Both the position numbers and the translations under genes were made by a program. Shown here piece by piece: positions 61,396-64,000 of a stretch of 64,000 bases of DNA; position 1 is the first letter of the stretch, and every line of letters begins with the position of its first letter. The notes under the pieces were generated by a model. That model did no database searches, was not told the origin of the DNA, and was given only the letters and a program-made list of their open reading frames with translations. This DNA comes from an uncultured Actinomycetota bacterium (GTDB lineage Bacteria; Actinomycetota; Actinomycetes; Jiangellales; Jiangellaceae). The stretch is taken from NCBI GenBank assembly GCA_963714455.1, contig CAVQON010000015.1:340694-404693 (forward strand), written 5' to 3'.

Positions 61396-61411
61396 CGTGA
61401 AGGGATTCACA
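61396..61411. promoter_or_regulatory. CRP/Cmr-type site cGTGA-N6-TCACa upstream of whiB1
   Basis: CGTGAAGGGATTCACA has a perfect GTGA/TCAC core. It directly abuts the TANNNT hexamer TACACT (61412-61417). Confidence 0.45.
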
Positions 61412-61428
61412 TACACTGTTGCTCTGGA

Positions 61429-61454
61429 TCGCCGACTCCTGCCCGAGTCGGCGA
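61429..61454 (+). other. perfect 10-bp stem / 6-nt loop hairpin in the whiB1 5' region
   Basis: TCGCCGACTC-CTGCCC-GAGTCGGCGA with all ten pairs Watson-Crick. It ends 29 nt before the ATG and 14 nt before AAGGAG. Confidence 0.5.
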
Positions 61455-61482
61455 CACGTCTGCCTGTAAGGAGTTCGCAGCC

Positions 61483-61743
61483 ATGGACTGGCGCCACCGC
61501 GCTGCCTGCCGGGACGAAGACCCTGAGCTCTTCTTCCCCATCGGCAACACGGGCCCGGCCCTCCTCCAGATCGAGGAGGCCAAGGCCGTCTGCATGCGAT
61601 GCGACGTGCGGGAGGCCTGCCTGCAGTGGGCCCTGGACTCCGGCCAGGACGCAGGCGTCTGGGGCGGGCTGAGCGAGGACGAGCGTCGGGCCCTTCGCCG
61701 GCGCAACGCTCGCGCCGCCCGCTCGCGCGCCACCCGCGCCTGA
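61483..61743 (+). CDS. whiB1: WhiB1-type [4Fe-4S] transcriptional regulator
   Basis: MDWRHRAACRDEDPELFFPIGNTGPALLQIEEAKAVCMRCDVREACLQWAL...GVWGGLSEDERRAL is near-identical in pattern to M. tuberculosis WhiB1. Confidence 0.92.
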   Translation: MDWRHRAACRDEDPELFFPIGNTGPALLQIEEAKAVCMRCDVREACLQWALDSGQDAGVWGGLSEDERRALRRRNARAARSRATRA

Positions 61744-61775
61744 GCATCGCCGCAGACCTCTCACCCTGGCCGGCC

Positions 61776-63230
61776 TCACGGCAGGGGCAGCCTGAGCGTC
61801 ACCCGCGTTCCCGGGTCGATGCCGGTGAAGACCACCGAGCCGCCCTTCTCCGCGACCATCGTGGTCACGATGCGCAGGCCGAGGCTGTCGGTGGCGTCGA
61901 CGTCGAACCCCGTCGGTAGCCCCACCCCGTCGTCCTCGACGACGATCACCAGGTCGCCCCCCTCACGCGCCGCCGTCACCTGCACGGTTCCTGGCCGGTC
62001 GGCCAACCCGTGCTGCAACGAGTTCTGGACGAGCTCGGTGACGGCCATGGCGACCGGTGTGGCGACGGCGGCGGGCACCCGTCCGGCCCGACCTGAGCGG
62101 GCGACGTCGATGGGGTGCTCGGCGCGGGCCACCTCGCCGACCATCGACGACAGCCGGGCGAGCACGTCGTCGAGGTCGACGTCCTCGTCGGTGGTCTCGG
62201 CCAGCATCTCGTGCACGACGGCGATGGAGCCGACACGGCGCACCGACTCCTCCAGCGCCTCCCGCGCGGCCGGGTCGCCGACGCGGCGCGCCTGCAGCCG
62301 CAGCAGGGACGCCACCGTCTGAAGGTTGTTCTTGACCCGGTGGTGGATCTCACGGATCGTCGCGTCCTTGGTAAGAAGCTGCTGGTCACGTCGCCGTAGG
62401 TCAGTGACGTCGCGCACCAGCACGATTGCGCCCGCCGGCCTGGCCCCCGGGTCGAGCGGGATGACGCGGACGGTCAGCACCGCGTCGCCGGAGTCCACCT
62501 CGACCTGCCGTGGGCGAACGCCGGAGAGCACCGCGTCCAGGCTCTCGTCCACCTCCGCGGGCTGCACGTGCAGCGAGCGTGTCGTGGCCCCGAGCGGTGA
62601 GCCCAGCAGGTCGCCGACCAGACCCAGACGCCGGTAGGCCGAGACGGCGTTCGGGCTGGCGAAGGTCACCGTGCCGGTGGCGTCGAGTCGTACCAGCCCG
62701 TCCCCCACCCGCGGCGCGCCGCGGCGGGCCGGCGAGTGCTGGGCCTCCTGCGGGAACCGTCCGTCGGCGATCATCCTGGCCAGCAGACCGGCGGCCTCGA
62801 GGTACACCAGCTCCAGCCGGCTGGGCGTGCGGGCAGCCACCAGGTTCGTGTTGCGGCCGATCACGGCGATCACCCGGCCACCGCGTGCCACCGGGATCGC
62901 CTCGACACGCACCGGGATGGCGTCCCACCACTCCGGGTCGGAGTCGCGCCGGATGCGTCCGGTCTCGAACGCGGAGTCGACCAAGAGCCGTCGACCGCGT
63001 TGCAGCCTCGTGCCGACCATGTCGTCGGCGTACGAGGTGGGCGCGGTCGTCGGGCGCATCTGCGCACCGGCGACGAACCCGTCCTCGTCGACGGTCGGCA
63101 GCCACAGCACCAGGTCGGCGAACGACAGGTCCGACAGCAGGTGCCACTGGCCGACGAGGGCGACGAGCCAGGCGACGTCGTCCTCGTCGAGCGCTGTATG
63201 CGCGCGAGCCACTTCAGCGACGGACGGCAC
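61776..63230 (-). CDS. pdtaS: GAF-PAS sensor histidine kinase PdtaS
   Basis: WHLLSDLSFADLVLW N-terminus, PRVGDGLVRLDATGTVTFASPNAVSAYRRLG, and H-box KDATIREIHHRVKNNLQTVASLLRLQARR. Adjacent to whiB1 as Rv3220c/Rv3219. Confidence 0.88.
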   Translation of the reverse strand: MPSVAEVARAHTALDEDDVAWLVALVGQWHLLSDLSFADLVLWLPTVDEDGFVAGAQMRPTTAPTSYADDMVGTRLQRGRRLLVDSAFETGRIRRDSDPEWWDAIPVRVEAIPVARGGRVIAVIGRNTNLVAARTPSRLELVYLEAAGLLARMIADGRFPQEAQHSPARRGAPRVGDGLVRLDATGTVTFASPNAVSAYRRLGLVGDLLGSPLGATTRSLHVQPAEVDESLDAVLSGVRPRQVEVDSGDAVLTVRVIPLDPGARPAGAIVLVRDVTDLRRRDQQLLTKDATIREIHHRVKNNLQTVASLLRLQARRVGDPAAREALEESVRRVGSIAVVHEMLAETTDEDVDLDDVLARLSSMVGEVARAEHPIDVARSGRAGRVPAAVATPVAMAVTELVQNSLQHGLADRPGTVQVTAAREGGDLVIVVEDDGVGLPTGFDVDATDSLGLRIVTTMVAEKGGSVVFTGIDPGTRVTLRLPLP

Positions 63231-63274
63231 GGGCGCAGCGTAGGCCGGGGCCGCGGCAGGTAGGTTCAGAAGAC

Positions 63275-64000
63275 GTGAGCACAGAGCAGAGCACGCCCGA
63301 GACGACCGAGCCGACCGTCACGACCGACGCCAACGCCGAGCTCAGCGCCCACGCCGGCACGCTCGCCCTCGCGGCAGCCCAGGCGTACGGCGTCGACGCG
63401 CTCTTCACGCTGTCGGGGGCCCACATCTTCCCGCTCTACGACGCGGCAGCCACCACCGAGCCGGGCATGCGGATGGTGGACGTGCGCCACGAGCAGACCG
63501 CGGTCTTCGCCGCCGAGGCCGCCGCGAAGCTCACCCGCAGACCCGGCTTCGCCGCCGTCACGGCCGGCCCCGGCGTGACCAACGCGATCAGCGCAGTCAC
63601 CCAGGCGCAGTCGTCCGGCGTGCCGCTGCTCGTCATGGGAGGCCGGGCGCCCGCATTTCGGTGGGGCACCGGGGCGCTTCAGGAGCTCGACCACCCGCCC
63701 CTGCTCGAACCGGTGACCAAGATGGCAGCGACCGCCGGTGACGCCGGCGCGGTCTACCCGACCGTGGCCGAGGCGCTACGGGTGGCGACGATGCCGCATC
63801 GCGGCCCGACGTTCGTCGACGTGCCCATGGACCAGCTGTTCAGCCACGCCAGCGTCGTGACGCAACCGGCTGTGGAGGCGAGGCTGGCCGAGCCCGACCC
63901 GGACGCGGTGCGTGCGATCGCGCGGCTGCTGGCCCACGCGAGCCGTCCGGTGCTCGTGCTGGGCTCCGACGTCTGGCTCGACGGCGCCGACGAGGCCGCG
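63275..64000 (+). CDS. second TPP-dependent enzyme (acetolactate synthase-like), N-terminal part; runs off the window
   Basis: GTG 63275 opens a frame that stays open to the window end. AQAYGVDALFTLSGAHIFPLYDA...HEQTAVFAAEAAAKLTRRPG...GPGVTNAISAVTQAQ is a TPP_enzyme_N pattern. Absent from the track because there is no stop. Confidence 0.75.
   Translation, partial: MSTEQSTPETTEPTVTTDANAELSAHAGTLALAAAQAYGVDALFTLSGAHIFPLYDAAATTEPGMRMVDVRHEQTAVFAAEAAAKLTRRPGFAAVTAGPGVTNAISAVTQAQSSGVPLLVMGGRAPAFRWGTGALQELDHPPLLEPVTKMAATAGDAGAVYPTVAEALRVATMPHRGPTFVDVPMDQLFSHASVVTQPAVEARLAEPDPDAVRAIARLLAHASRPVLVLGSDVWLDGADEAA

Overview
High-GC actinobacterial chromosome segment that is almost entirely coding. Most of it is conserved core genome. 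Gene order from 1 to 36.9 kb parallels M. tuberculosis Rv1323..Rv1292: thiolase, methylmalonyl-CoA epimerase, nucS, murA, PduO-type adenosyltransferase, the complete F1Fo ATP synthase operon with atpI-like genes, wecA, glyA, LMW-PTP, sua5, prmC, prfA, rpmE, rho, thrB, thrC, hom, lysA, argS and tRNA-Arg(CCG). About 30 of these genes form one unidirectional minus-strand block (12.8-36.7 kb) with many 1-4 nt start/stop overlaps. The right half carries citrate synthase, kgd (E1o fused to an E2-like domain), malic enzyme, Ni-SOD (sodN) with its protease sodX, usfX-sigF, whiB1 and pdtaS. These are mixed with less conserved genes: a K+ channel, an FMO, two SDRs, TauE, a BASS symporter, a lone E2 catalytic domain, two TPP enzymes, a patatin, and an ABC-2 exporter with a two-component system. 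I found no CRISPR array, transposase, integrase, prophage or recognisable defence island, and the many very long antisense ORFs in the track are high-GC artefacts. The best candidates for something undescribed are: (1) sodN chained by ATGA/ATGA/GTGA overlaps to a GNAT and the UsfX/SigF partner-switching module, with the sodN and sodX start codons inside a 14-bp perfect palindrome; (2) a BASS-SDR-lone-E2-domain operon divergent from a TPP enzyme; (3) argS divergent from tRNA-Arg(CCG) across a spacer with nested inverted repeats; (4) several exact palindromes or tandem motifs in promoter regions (6413-6434, 10458-10475, 61396-61454); (5) protein-level oddities: a tandem HADH with His->Gln in one module, a duplicated AtpH N-domain, an AtpA C-terminal tail, MurA Cys->Asp, and a likely frame switch at the 3' end of the K+ channel gene. 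All functional calls rest on motif recognition by eye; no database search was run.
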